Positions 19,287 to 29,064 are shown, numbered from the stretch's first letter. The stretch is DNA of 64,000 nt from Flavobacteriales bacterium (GCA_965661345.1 CBFIDK010000001.1:74543-138542); one strand, 5' to 3'. The notes: a model not told the origin generated them from the letters alone. Program-made: numbers and translations.

Positions 19287-19294
19287 CAAATATA
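19287..19294 (-). promoter_or_regulatory. Putative Bacteroidota sigma-A -7 box (TATATTTG) for topA
   Basis: The minus strand reads TATATTTGCACCTAAT, matching TAnnTTTG about 34 nt upstream of the topA ATG (19253). Confidence 0.45.
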
Positions 19295-19406
19295 TTATTC
19301 CTTTATCCAAACTTCCAAACCCATTATTTTGCAAACTGAGATTATATTATTATATAATATAAGATTTTTAAAAAAAATTAATTTCTGTCAATTTGTCAGT
19401 TTTTAT

Positions 19407-19414
19407 TAATTTTG
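19407..19414 (+). promoter_or_regulatory. Putative Bacteroidota sigma-A -7 box (TAATTTTG) for miaB
   Basis: TAATTTTGCACCTAAAT matches TAnnTTTG 24 nt upstream of the miaB ATG (19438). Confidence 0.45.
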
Positions 19415-19437
19415 CACCTAAATACTGAATAGAATTT

Positions 19438-20883
19438 ATGAACGAAGAAAAAATAATTGACGCTAGCAGACAAGGTGAAGCTTTGTCCATTAAAAGTCAT
19501 TCGACCGATAGCAAAAAGATGTACATCGAAAGCTATGGTTGCCAAATGAACTTTTCTGATAGTGAGATTGTAGCATCAATTCTAACCAAAGAAGGGTTTT
19601 CTACAACACCAAATCTAGAAGATGCTGACATTGTGTTTGTAAATACGTGTTCTATTCGAGAAAAGGCTGAACAAACTGTTCGTAATCGGCTAAAAGTCTA
19701 CAACGCCATCAAAAAAAAGCAAAACCCTAAAATGCTTGTAGGGGTGTTGGGTTGTATGGCTGAACGATTAAAAGAAAAATTTCTTGAAGAAGAAAAATTA
19801 GTAGATATGGTAGTTGGTCCCGATGCCTATCGAGATTTGCCAAATCTAATCGAAGAAGTTAACGACGGCAGAAAAGCAGTTAACGTTATACTTTCAAAAG
19901 AAGAGACTTATGCAGAAATAAGCCCCGTTCGACTGGGCGGAAACGGCATTACTGCCTTTGTTTCAATCACTAGAGGATGCGATAATATGTGTACCTTTTG
20001 TGTTGTGCCATTTACTAGAGGAAGAGAAAGAAGTAGAGACCCAAAAAGCATAGTCCAAGAATGTCAACAACTTGTTACTGATGGCTATAAAGAAGTTACT
20101 CTATTGGGACAGAATGTTGACTCTTACCTGTGGCATGGTGGCGGATTAAAAAAGGATTTCAATAAACTCAGCAAAGAAGAGCAAGAAAAGAGCACAAATT
20201 TCGCTCAACTATTAGCAATGGTTGCTGAAGTAAGCCCAGAATTAAGAGTTCGTTTTTCAACCTCTCACCCAAAAGACATGCAGGACGATGTACTTCATAC
20301 TATTTCTAAGTATGAGAATATTTGCAACTACATTCACTTGCCAGTACAGTCTGGAAACAGCCGAATTCTTGAGTTAATGAATAGAGGCTACAGTCGAGAA
20401 TGGTACCTGAACAGAATAGAATCAATTCGAAAAATAATTCCCGATTGTGCCATTTCTATGGATATCATTTCAGGATTTTGTTCTGAAACAGAGGATGAGC
20501 ATCAAGATACGCTTAGCCTCATGGATATTGTAAAATATGACTTTGGCTATATGTTCAGCTATTCTGAGCGCCCAAATACACAAGCACAAAGAAAACTTGA
20601 AGACGATGTGCCTGAAGACGTTAAAAAAAGACGTTTGCAAGAAATTATAGAAAAACAAATGGGGCATTCACTCATAAGGAATAAAAACCATGTAGGAAAA
20701 ACCCACAAAGTATTAGTCGAAGGTGTTTCTAAAAAATCCAAAGACGAATTGTTTGGAAGAAACACCCAAAACACCGTTATCGTTTTCCCAAAAGAAAACT
20801 ACAAAATTGGTGATTATGTAATGGTAAAAGTTGATGAGTGTACTTCGGCAACACTAAAAGGAACAGCAGTAAATAAAGCATGA
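19438..20883 (+). CDS. miaB: tRNA-2-methylthio-N6-dimethylallyladenosine synthase (radical-SAM methylthiotransferase)
   Basis: 481 aa. It has N-terminal MTTase cysteines ([16 protein letters not shown]), the radical-SAM motif CDNMCTFC and a C-terminal TRAM-like domain. Confidence 0.95.
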   Translation: MNEEKIIDASRQGEALSIKSHSTDSKKMYIESYGCQMNFSDSEIVASILTKEGFSTTPNLEDADIVFVNTCSIREKAEQTVRNRLKVYNAIKKKQNPKMLVGVLGCMAERLKEKFLEEEKLVDMVVGPDAYRDLPNLIEEVNDGRKAVNVILSKEETYAEISPVRLGGNGITAFVSITRGCDNMCTFCVVPFTRGRERSRDPKSIVQECQQLVTDGYKEVTLLGQNVDSYLWHGGGLKKDFNKLSKEEQEKSTNFAQLLAMVAEVSPELRVRFSTSHPKDMQDDVLHTISKYENICNYIHLPVQSGNSRILELMNRGYSREWYLNRIESIRKIIPDCAISMDIISGFCSETEDEHQDTLSLMDIVKYDFGYMFSYSERPNTQAQRKLEDDVPEDVKKRRLQEIIEKQMGHSLIRNKNHVGKTHKVLVEGVSKKSKDELFGRNTQNTVIVFPKENYKIGDYVMVKVDECTSATLKGTAVNKA

Positions 20884-22031
20884 CATCACATCAGGACATA
20901 AAACAACGTTTTGGCATTGTAGGACAATCTATTAAACTGGAACGCGCAATTGAAATTGCAGTTCAAGTTGCCCCTACTGACATTTCTGTTTTGATTACCG
21001 GTGAAAGTGGTACTGGAAAAGAATCCATGCCTAAAATCATTCACCATAGCAGCCAACGCAAACACAATAACTACATCGCCGTCAACTGTGGCGCTATCCC
21101 TGAAGGAACCATTGACAGTGAACTATTTGGTCATGAAAAAGGTGCTTTTACAGGCGCAAGTGAAAAAAGAAAAGGGTATTTTGAAGTTGCAAATGGTGGA
21201 ACCATATTTCTTGATGAAGTTGGCGAATTACCCTTAAGTACTCAAGTAAGACTATTGCGAGTGCTTGAAAGTGGTGAATTCATGAAAGTTGGCTCTAGCG
21301 AAATTATTAAAGTTGATGTCCGCGTTGTTGCAGCTACAAATGTAAATATTGAGAAAGCCATACAAAACGGTAAATTTAGAGAAGACTTATACTACAGGCT
21401 GAATACGATAAACATCAAAATGCCTCGTCTGAAAGAAAGAAAAGAAGACATTCATCTATTGTTTAGAAAATTTGCCTCCGACTTTGCCGACAAATACAGA
21501 ATTCCAGCCATAAGACTAGATGAAGAAGCTATAGATTTATTGGAAAGCTATTCATGGCCAGGTAACATTAGGCAACTCAAAAATATTTGCGAACAAATTT
21601 CTGCCGTTGAACAAAATAGAAGTGTAAACAAGGAAACATTGAGTCGGTATATTCCAAAAGAAAATGCCACCCCAGTTTTGTTTGGAAAAGGAAACAATGA
21701 AAATGATATTTCAGAAAGAGAAATCCTTTACAAAGTTCTATTTGAGATGAAAAAAGATTTGAACGATTTGAAGCGGGTAACCAAAGAATTGATGAGTGGT
21801 AACATTGTTACACCTGAAGACAGCAAATTGACAGAAAACTTCATTATTCAGCCTAAAGAAGAAGCCTTACAAAGCCCTGTGGAAAAAGAAATATTAACTC
21901 TTCAGGAGCAAGAAAAAATATTAATTGAAGAATCTTTGATAAGGCATCAAGGGAGAAGAAAAGACGCCGCAGATGAACTCGGCATTTCTGAAAGAACACT
22001 TTATCGCAAAATTAAAGAGTATTTACTGTGA
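20880..22031 (+). CDS. Sigma-54-dependent transcriptional activator (bacterial enhancer-binding protein) lacking any N-terminal sensory/receiver domain
   Basis: 383 aa. The Walker A motif GESGTGKE sits at about residue 42. GAFTGA (EKGAFTGA) and Walker B (IFLDEVGEL) are present, with a C-terminal HTH ([19 protein letters not shown]). Its ATG overlaps the miaB stop (ATGA). Confidence 0.85.
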   Translation: MTSHQDIKQRFGIVGQSIKLERAIEIAVQVAPTDISVLITGESGTGKESMPKIIHHSSQRKHNNYIAVNCGAIPEGTIDSELFGHEKGAFTGASEKRKGYFEVANGGTIFLDEVGELPLSTQVRLLRVLESGEFMKVGSSEIIKVDVRVVAATNVNIEKAIQNGKFREDLYYRLNTINIKMPRLKERKEDIHLLFRKFASDFADKYRIPAIRLDEEAIDLLESYSWPGNIRQLKNICEQISAVEQNRSVNKETLSRYIPKENATPVLFGKGNNENDISEREILYKVLFEMKKDLNDLKRVTKELMSGNIVTPEDSKLTENFIIQPKEEALQSPVEKEILTLQEQEKILIEESLIRHQGRRKDAADELGISERTLYRKIKEYLL

Positions 22032-22528
22032 GAAATTTAAAAACATATTCAGTATTACTAGCTCTAATTATTAGTTCATGCGGTGTTTACACCTTTTCAG
22101 GCTCATCTATTTCCTCAGAAGTAAAGACCGTTAACATTCAATTTTTTGAAAATAAAACATCTTTATCACCATCAAATTTATCGAATAACTTCACTGAAGC
22201 ACTCAAAGATAAATTATCATCTGAAACGAACCTCAGCCCCGTATCAACCGATGGAGATTTGACATACACGGGTTATATTTCGAATTACGACATTAAACCC
22301 ATTGCCATACAGGCTGACGAAACTGCGGCTAAAAACAGATTAACCATTTCAGTAAAAGTCACCTTCACCAATAAGCTGCAAGAAGAATATAATTTTGACA
22401 AAACATTTAGCCGATACGCCGACTACGACAGTGGAGAAGATTTAAAATCCATTGAAGACCGACTGAATGAAGAAATTACCGAACAATTGATCGATAATAT
22501 TTTTAACGAATCTATTTCAAATTGGTAG
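22028..22528 (+). CDS. lptE: LPS-assembly lipoprotein LptE
   Basis: 166 aa with a GTG start overlapping the EBP stop (GTGA). It has a lipobox (LALIISSC) and LptE-like blocks (TVNIQFFENKT, GDLTYTGYISNYDIKP). This position after miaB/EBP is one I recall as common in Bacteroidota. Confidence 0.7.
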   Translation: MRNLKTYSVLLALIISSCGVYTFSGSSISSEVKTVNIQFFENKTSLSPSNLSNNFTEALKDKLSSETNLSPVSTDGDLTYTGYISNYDIKPIAIQADETAAKNRLTISVKVTFTNKLQEEYNFDKTFSRYADYDSGEDLKSIEDRLNEEITEQLIDNIFNESISNW

Positions 22529-23241
22529 AATTAAAAGACAAATATTCAAAATGGATTCAGCAGCCACACTCTTTAACAAGAGAGGATGCTGACACGTTAA
22601 AGGAATTAGTCGACAACTACCCCTTTTGTCAAACTAGTCGATTGCTTTACATCAAAAGTTTACAGAATATAAATAGCATACACTTCAATCAGACTTTAAA
22701 AGTCACCGCCGCACACGCTGCAGACAGACATCAACTTTTTTATTTACTTACGGACAAGAAAGCAATTGTTCAGAAAGATGAACAAAAGAAATCCACCAAA
22801 GTAGAAGTAAAAAAGGCTAATGAGGTAAAAGAAGAATCAATAAAAGAGTCTTTAAATATCGGGCAACCCATAGCATTCGAAAAAGAAGAAACTCACTCTT
22901 TCAGTCAATGGTTAAAACTAAGTCAAGCAAAACCAATTGAAAGAAAAAAAGAACAAAATAACTTACAGAAAAAAGTTAGTTTAATTGAAGACTTTATTGC
23001 AAATAGAGAAAGAACACCGCAAAAAAAGACCTTTTATTCGGCAACAAATCAAGCCAAAAAAAGCGAGACATTTGAATTTGATATTGTTACCGAAACTCTT
23101 GCTAAAGTATATCTAGAACAAGAACATTACGAAAAAGCGAAAGAAGCATATCGACAACTTTGTTTGAAATATCCCCAAAAAAGTTCTTTATTTGCATCCC
23201 AAATTGAATTAATCGATCAGTTAATTGATCAAAACAATTAA
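22522..23241 (+). CDS. Hypothetical cytoplasmic protein with a Lys/Glu-rich centre and a C-terminal TPR-like helix pair
   Basis: 239 aa with a TTG start overlapping the lptE stop by 7 nt. There is no signal peptide. The C-terminus reads LAKVYLEQEHYEKAKEAYRQLCLKYPQ. Confidence 0.5.
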   Translation: MVELKDKYSKWIQQPHSLTREDADTLKELVDNYPFCQTSRLLYIKSLQNINSIHFNQTLKVTAAHAADRHQLFYLLTDKKAIVQKDEQKKSTKVEVKKANEVKEESIKESLNIGQPIAFEKEETHSFSQWLKLSQAKPIERKKEQNNLQKKVSLIEDFIANRERTPQKKTFYSATNQAKKSETFEFDIVTETLAKVYLEQEHYEKAKEAYRQLCLKYPQKSSLFASQIELIDQLIDQNN

Positions 23242-23250
23242 AAATAAGTT

Positions 23251-23586
23251 ATGTACACTATATTTTCAGTTCTAATCATCATCACTTGTATCCTACTTCT
23301 TTTAGTAGTATTAGTTCAGAACCCTAAAGGCGGTGGCCTTTCTGCAACATTTGGTGGTGGAAATCAGGTAATGGGTGTCAAAAAAACAGCTGACTTTTTG
23401 GAAAAAGCAACATGGTATTTAGCCATTGCTCTATTGTTCTTTTCACTAATGTCTAACTTAAGTATTTCTTCTAAAGTTGACGAAAACGGACAAAACGAAT
23501 CCATTATTCAACAGCAATTAGACGAAACTCCAATACCAACGCAAAGTTTACCAGCGCTTCCAATTCAAGAAGCACCTGCCGAGTAA
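23251..23586 (+). CDS. secG: Preprotein translocase subunit SecG
   Basis: 111 aa with two TM helices flanking a Gly-rich loop (NPKGGGLSATFGGGNQVMG). Confidence 0.8.
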   Translation: MYTIFSVLIIITCILLLLVVLVQNPKGGGLSATFGGGNQVMGVKKTADFLEKATWYLAIALLFFSLMSNLSISSKVDENGQNESIIQQQLDETPIPTQSLPALPIQEAPAE

Positions 23587-23645
23587 GTTTATAACTTCTC
23601 TGACATAATTTCAAGCTGGCTGAAAAAAAGTCATCAATTTTATTA

Positions 23646-23671
23646 AGTGTGTCCTCGTGGCACACTTTTTG
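23646..23671 (+). terminator. Rho-independent terminator-like hairpin after secG
   Basis: AGTGTGTC-CTCGT-GGCACACT followed by TTTTT. The hairpin overlaps the sigma-54 -24 element. Confidence 0.55.
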
Positions 23672-23673
23672 CT
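23658..23673 (+). promoter_or_regulatory. Sigma-54 (RpoN) -24/-12 promoter upstream of groES
   Basis: TGGCAC-ACTTT-TTGCT is an exact match to the core TGGCAC-N5-TTGCW. GG is at 23659-60 and GC at 23671-72, 40 nt upstream of the groES ATG. Confidence 0.6.
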
Positions 23674-23712
23674 ATAAACTAAGCACAAACATTAACAAAT
23701 AAATTTAATCTT

Positions 23713-25627
<1,915 letters not shown>

Positions 25628-25636
25628 TCAATTTAA

Positions 25637-25663
25637 AAAAACCCCAAAATTTTTGGGGTTTTT
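25637..25663. terminator. Rho-independent terminator after groEL
   Basis: Palindrome AAAAACCCCAAAA-T-TTTTGGGGTTTTT located 10 nt after the groEL stop. Confidence 0.7.
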
Positions 25664-25703
25664 AATTGCTTTTTTCATAGCTTAGCAAGTCTTTTGAAAA
25701 GCC

Positions 25704-26522
25704 ATGATCATGAACTCAAAAATTACAAAGCTATTTACAGTTTTCCTTTTTTTGTATAGCTATACTATCAAATCCCAAACAGCTAACCAACTAATTCGCA
25801 TCAATAACGTAGCCGATAACAACGCTATGAACGCCATTGCTTCACCAAACGAAGGAAGCTTGGTTTACGTTAGTTCTTCTGATAATGTCTATTATTTTGG
25901 AAACGGTACATGGAACTTAATTGGAGGATCAGGCTCAACAACAGACACCAATGACGATGCGTGGGGAGTGACAGGTGAAGATTTAGTTTCAGACATAAAC
26001 AGAACAGGAAAAGTAACCATTGGTCAATCTGGAAACACAACGATTAAATTAGATGTAAATGGACAAACAATTGTCCGTAATTTACCCAATGATTTAAGCG
26101 GTGGAAAAGGAGTTATTAAATCTGACGATGGAGAATTGCGTTCAGACACCTATACCTCGCATGTTCATGGTGGTATTGTTAGCTATTCTTGGAAAAACCT
26201 TTGCCACACAAAGAAAGGCGTAGTAGTAACTGGCCATTATAAATCAGATAACAATTGTTCTAATGGACACTTTCAATTTAGGTTTCATATATGGGTAACA
26301 CCACCTTCAGTTAGTTTTGTCTATCCGCCATACGTACTAGTATATAATGACGGAAATGCTTCATTTACTTATGATTTAAACTCAACTATTCTTACTGTAA
26401 CGGCACCAACTTACTGTGGTAGTTACTCAACCCAATTCAGATTATTTAACAATAATTTACAAATGAAGCAAGGGAGTTCTGCCAGCCCACTTGAAATGGA
26501 TATAAGAGTCGAAGGCTATTAA
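25704..26522 (+). CDS. Secreted hypothetical protein, paralogue A (conserved N-module, variable Cys-containing C-module)
   Basis: 272 aa with a signal peptide (cleavage IKS|Q). The N-module reads QLIRINNVADNNAMNAIASPNEGSLVYV...TDTNDDAWGVTGED...RTGKVTIG...KLDVNGQTIVRNLP. The protein ends in IRVEGY. Confidence 0.7.
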   Translation: MIMNSKITKLFTVFLFLYSYTIKSQTANQLIRINNVADNNAMNAIASPNEGSLVYVSSSDNVYYFGNGTWNLIGGSGSTTDTNDDAWGVTGEDLVSDINRTGKVTIGQSGNTTIKLDVNGQTIVRNLPNDLSGGKGVIKSDDGELRSDTYTSHVHGGIVSYSWKNLCHTKKGVVVTGHYKSDNNCSNGHFQFRFHIWVTPPSVSFVYPPYVLVYNDGNASFTYDLNSTILTVTAPTYCGSYSTQFRLFNNNLQMKQGSSASPLEMDIRVEGY

Positions 26523-26539
26523 ACTAAATCTTCATAGTT

Positions 26540-27352
26540 ATGAAAAAAATATCTCTTCTAATATTATTTAGCTTTTTGATAAGCATCTATGCTATGGCAC
26601 AAAATGCTAGTCAACTTATCCGTCTGAATAATGTAGCCGATAACAATGTCATGAATGCCATTTCATCGCCCAATGAGGGTAGTTTGGTTTATGTCATCTC
26701 AACAAATAACATCTACTATTACGGAAATGGCACTTGGAACTTAATTGGAGGCTCTGGAGCCATAACCGATACTAATGACGATGCCTGGGGAGTAACTGGA
26801 GAAGACATCGCTTCGGACATTAGCAGAACAGGAAAAGTAACCATTGGTCAGGCTGGAAGCACAACTGTTAAATTAGACGTTAATGGCAGGACAATTGTAC
26901 GAAATTTACCAATTGACGAAGGTATAAATGCAAAGTCACTTCTTCATTCTACCAATGGGGAATTACGATCAGACAAATATACTGTTCCGCACTCCTATAT
27001 ATTATTACTAACCTCAGACTGGCAAGATCTTTGCTTTGCAAAAAATGGAGCTACAGTAACTGGATTTTATACAAGTAATAGCTATTGTTCCGAAGGGCAT
27101 TTTCAATTTAAATATCAAAATGGACAATCTGTACCATTCTTCATGGTATATCACCTAGAAGGTCCATTTCCTTCCCCATTCACCTATGACTCATCAACGG
27201 GTATTTATACTTCTACATCTTCCTGTGGTCCAGATTATGCCGCACCAGCTACGACTCAGTTTAGAGTAGTTAACGATATCTTACAAGTACGAAACGCAGT
27301 TCCTTCATCTCCAATGTTGCATTTATTCTATATTAGAGTTGAAGGGTATTAA
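26540..27352 (+). CDS. Secreted hypothetical protein, paralogue B
   Basis: 270 aa with signal peptide MKKISLLILFSFLISIYAMA|Q. By hand alignment it is about 80% identical to paralogue A over the first ~105 mature residues and about one third identical afterwards. Confidence 0.7.
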   Translation: MKKISLLILFSFLISIYAMAQNASQLIRLNNVADNNVMNAISSPNEGSLVYVISTNNIYYYGNGTWNLIGGSGAITDTNDDAWGVTGEDIASDISRTGKVTIGQAGSTTVKLDVNGRTIVRNLPIDEGINAKSLLHSTNGELRSDKYTVPHSYILLLTSDWQDLCFAKNGATVTGFYTSNSYCSEGHFQFKYQNGQSVPFFMVYHLEGPFPSPFTYDSSTGIYTSTSSCGPDYAAPATTQFRVVNDILQVRNAVPSSPMLHLFYIRVEGY

Positions 27353-27368
27353 AATTAATAACTCAGGT

Positions 27369-28148
27369 ATGAAAAAATTATGTATTCTAATTCCGTTAAG
27401 CTTATTAATAAGTTTGTTTAGTCAAGCCCAAAGTTCTAGCCAACTTGTTCGTTTAAATAATGTGACTGATAATAATGCAATGAATGCTATTTCCTCTCCC
27501 CTTCAAGGAAATTTGGTTTACGTTAATTCTGTAAATGACATTTATTATTTTGATGGCCTTTCATGGAATTTATTAGCAGGCGGGTCAGGATCCGCAACTG
27601 ACACCAATGATGATGCTTGGGGAGTAACTGGAGAAGATATAGCTTCAGACATTAGTAGAACAGGAAAAGTAACCATTGGCCCATCGGGAAATACAAGCGT
27701 GAAATTAGATATAAATGGGCAAGCCATTATTAGAAATTTACCTGATGACAATTATGGAAGAGGGGTACTTCATGCCCCTAACGGTGAATTACATTCAGAT
27801 AGGTATACTTCTCAATTTCATACTGCAGGCTTTTTACCAACAGGAGGCTGGATAAACATGAACTATGTAGAAAATGGGGTTGTAGTAACAGGCTATTATT
27901 CATTTTATTATGGGTGCTCATCAGGTCATTTTGAATTTAGATATCAGGCAGGTCAATCACCACTATATGTTCTAGAATATAATAATGGAGGCGCCTCTTT
28001 TTCCTATAATGGATCGACAGGAAACTATCAAGTTAATGGTGGCACTTGCCCCTATATGTTCTATTTTAGAATAAGTAACAATATGCTTCAAGTTTCACAA
28101 CCAACTTTTGGGGGTGTTACTTTAGATTTGAGAATAAAGGCCTATTAA
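27369..28148 (+). CDS. Secreted hypothetical protein, paralogue C
   Basis: The ORF track gives 27339..28148. Moving the start to ATG 27369 gives signal peptide MKKLCILIPLSLLISLFSQA|Q and removes the overlap with paralogue B. The protein ends in LRIKAY. Confidence 0.7.
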   Translation: MKKLCILIPLSLLISLFSQAQSSSQLVRLNNVTDNNAMNAISSPLQGNLVYVNSVNDIYYFDGLSWNLLAGGSGSATDTNDDAWGVTGEDIASDISRTGKVTIGPSGNTSVKLDINGQAIIRNLPDDNYGRGVLHAPNGELHSDRYTSQFHTAGFLPTGGWINMNYVENGVVVTGYYSFYYGCSSGHFEFRYQAGQSPLYVLEYNNGGASFSYNGSTGNYQVNGGTCPYMFYFRISNNMLQVSQPTFGGVTLDLRIKAY

Positions 28149-28169
28149 ATTCAAATTTCTAATTAAAAA

Positions 28170-28197
28170 AAAGGGTTTCGAATATTCGAAACCCTTT
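28170..28197. terminator. Perfect 28-nt palindrome between convergent genes (bidirectional terminator)
   Basis: AAAGGGTTTCGAATATTCGAAACCCTTT. The minus-strand reading is followed by T8, which makes a good terminator for 28218..29039. The plus-strand reading has only a short T run. Confidence 0.75.
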
Positions 28198-28217
28198 AAA
28201 AATAAAGTTGTTATTAA

Positions 28218-29039
28218 CTATCTATCAAGTGTCATTCGCTTTTCAATAGTGCCATCATTATAAATATAAAACAAGATTTGATTAGGTGTAAACTGAACGC
28301 TTTTCCCTTGTAAATCTCTTATTTCTAGCAATTGTCTTTTTTGACTTTCATCATTAGATGAATTATTTATGCCATTAAATAAATATAAGTTGTCTAGCAA
28401 ATCTTCATCAAAAATGAAGTCTTCAGAATTTACGAAGTCAAAAAACACTTCGTCAAAAGCATTAAGCTCATCGAAATAATTGTTTAGAGAAGAAATGGTG
28501 TCATTAAAACTATCCCAATCAAAACTTCCTTCAGAATCAAAGAAATCTTCAAAGACGTTATCTATTTCTACAGAATCATTGTCTACAAGTAAAATGCTAT
28601 CATTAAAATCCTCCCAATCAAAGCCTTCTTCAGAATCGAAGAAATCTTCAGCAGTAGTTTCAAAAAAGTTTTCATCGAAAGCATCTATTTCAAGAGAATC
28701 ATTATATAAAAGAGTGATGAAATCATTGAAATCATTCCAATCAAAGTACCCTAATGAATCAAAAAAATCTTCGAAATTTATATCTTCTCCAAAACCAAAA
28801 TCATCTTCAAAGTCATTGTCATCTCCAAAATCAGGATTATTCACAGAGTCACAATTAAAAAGAATCTGTAAATCCAAATCGTTTAATTCGCCATCCTCAT
28901 TGGCATCTATAGAAGAAAGAACTTCATATTCGATGGCAGATATTGTAAGATCTTGTCCTCCACAATCAAAAGTGTAAGTTTCTTGAGCCACAGCTACTCC
29001 CATGAACAGCATAAAGGCAGATAAGTAGTAAGTTTTCAT
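28218..29039 (-). CDS. Extremely acidic secreted repeat protein with an EF-hand/dockerin-like Ca-binding loop and a possible degenerate T9SS C-terminal domain
   Basis: 273 aa with signal peptide (cleavage AVA|QE). It has the loop DANEDGELNDLD (DxNxDGxLxxxD) and three FFDSxxxFDWxxFND repeats. There is no K, R or H between about residue 3 and 234. The C-terminus LLEIRDLQGKSVQFTPNQILFYIYNDGTIEKRMTLDR resembles the last two motifs of type-A T9SS CTDs but lacks the PNP motif. Confidence 0.65.
   Translation of the reverse strand: MKTYYLSAFMLFMGVAVAQETYTFDCGGQDLTISAIEYEVLSSIDANEDGELNDLDLQILFNCDSVNNPDFGDDNDFEDDFGFGEDINFEDFFDSLGYFDWNDFNDFITLLYNDSLEIDAFDENFFETTAEDFFDSEEGFDWEDFNDSILLVDNDSVEIDNVFEDFFDSEGSFDWDSFNDTISSLNNYFDELNAFDEVFFDFVNSEDFIFDEDLLDNLYLFNGINNSSNDESQKRQLLEIRDLQGKSVQFTPNQILFYIYNDGTIEKRMTLDR
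28501..28772 (-). repeat. Three copies of a ~50-nt core repeat (spacing 99 and 123 nt) encoding the FFDS..FDW..FND units
   Basis: Plus-strand copies lie at 28501-28550, 28600-28649 and 28723-28772: TCATTAAAACTATCCCAATCAAAAC..., TCATTAAAATCCTCCCAATCAAAGC... and TCATTGAAATCATTCCAATCAAAGT... Confidence 0.7.
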
Positions 29040-29064
29040 AGTTATAAGTATTTTGATTTATAAG

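Larger units (their letters stand above)
25704..28148 (+). repeat. Tandem triplication of a ~0.82-kb gene (period 824 and 832 nt)
   Basis: The 23-nt block AGAACAGGAAAAGTAACCATTGG is identical at 26001, 26825 and 27657. The 5' halves of the three genes align throughout and the 3' halves are strongly diverged. Confidence 0.85.

Noticed and set aside
19303-19311. TTATCCAAA, an 8/9 match to the DnaA box TTATCCACA, at a strand-switch point (19 kb of minus-strand genes on the left, plus-strand genes on the right). This raised the possibility of oriC.
   Set aside because: There is only one near-consensus box in a 184-nt spacer and no dnaA or dnaN nearby. Gene orientation flips several more times later in the window. 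The divergent promoters explain the AT-richness.
23640-23712. The inverted repeat upstream of groES considered as a CIRCE (HrcA) operator
   Set aside because: The sequence AGTGTGTC-N5-GGCACACT does not match TTAGCACTC-N9-GAGTGCTAA. It is better explained as the secG terminator overlapping a sigma-54 -24 element.
25655-25670. A second sigma-54-like arrangement (GGGGTT-TTTAA-TTGCT) in the groEL terminator, upstream of paralogue A
   Set aside because: Only the GG dinucleotide and TTGCT match, and the -24 flanks do not resemble TGGCAC. GG-N10-GC is common by chance. I keep it only as a weak note, because no sigma-A box was found for the triplet either.
25704-28148. The paralogue triplet considered as a diversity-generating retroelement target or a phase-variable (invertible or cassette) system
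   Set aside because: I saw no reverse transcriptase, template repeat, recombinase or flanking inverted repeats in the window. Divergence is spread over the whole C-module and includes indels rather than adenine-specific substitutions. Synonymous differences in the conserved half argue against ongoing gene conversion.
28480-28977. A 165-aa plus-strand ORF rich in SKKSS/SESKK repeats
   Set aside because: It is the mirror image of the acidic repeat gene on the minus strand, because GAA/GAT/TTC-rich codons read backwards give Ser/Lys runs. It has no start context or independent support. The minus-strand ORF has a signal peptide, a promoter box and a terminator.
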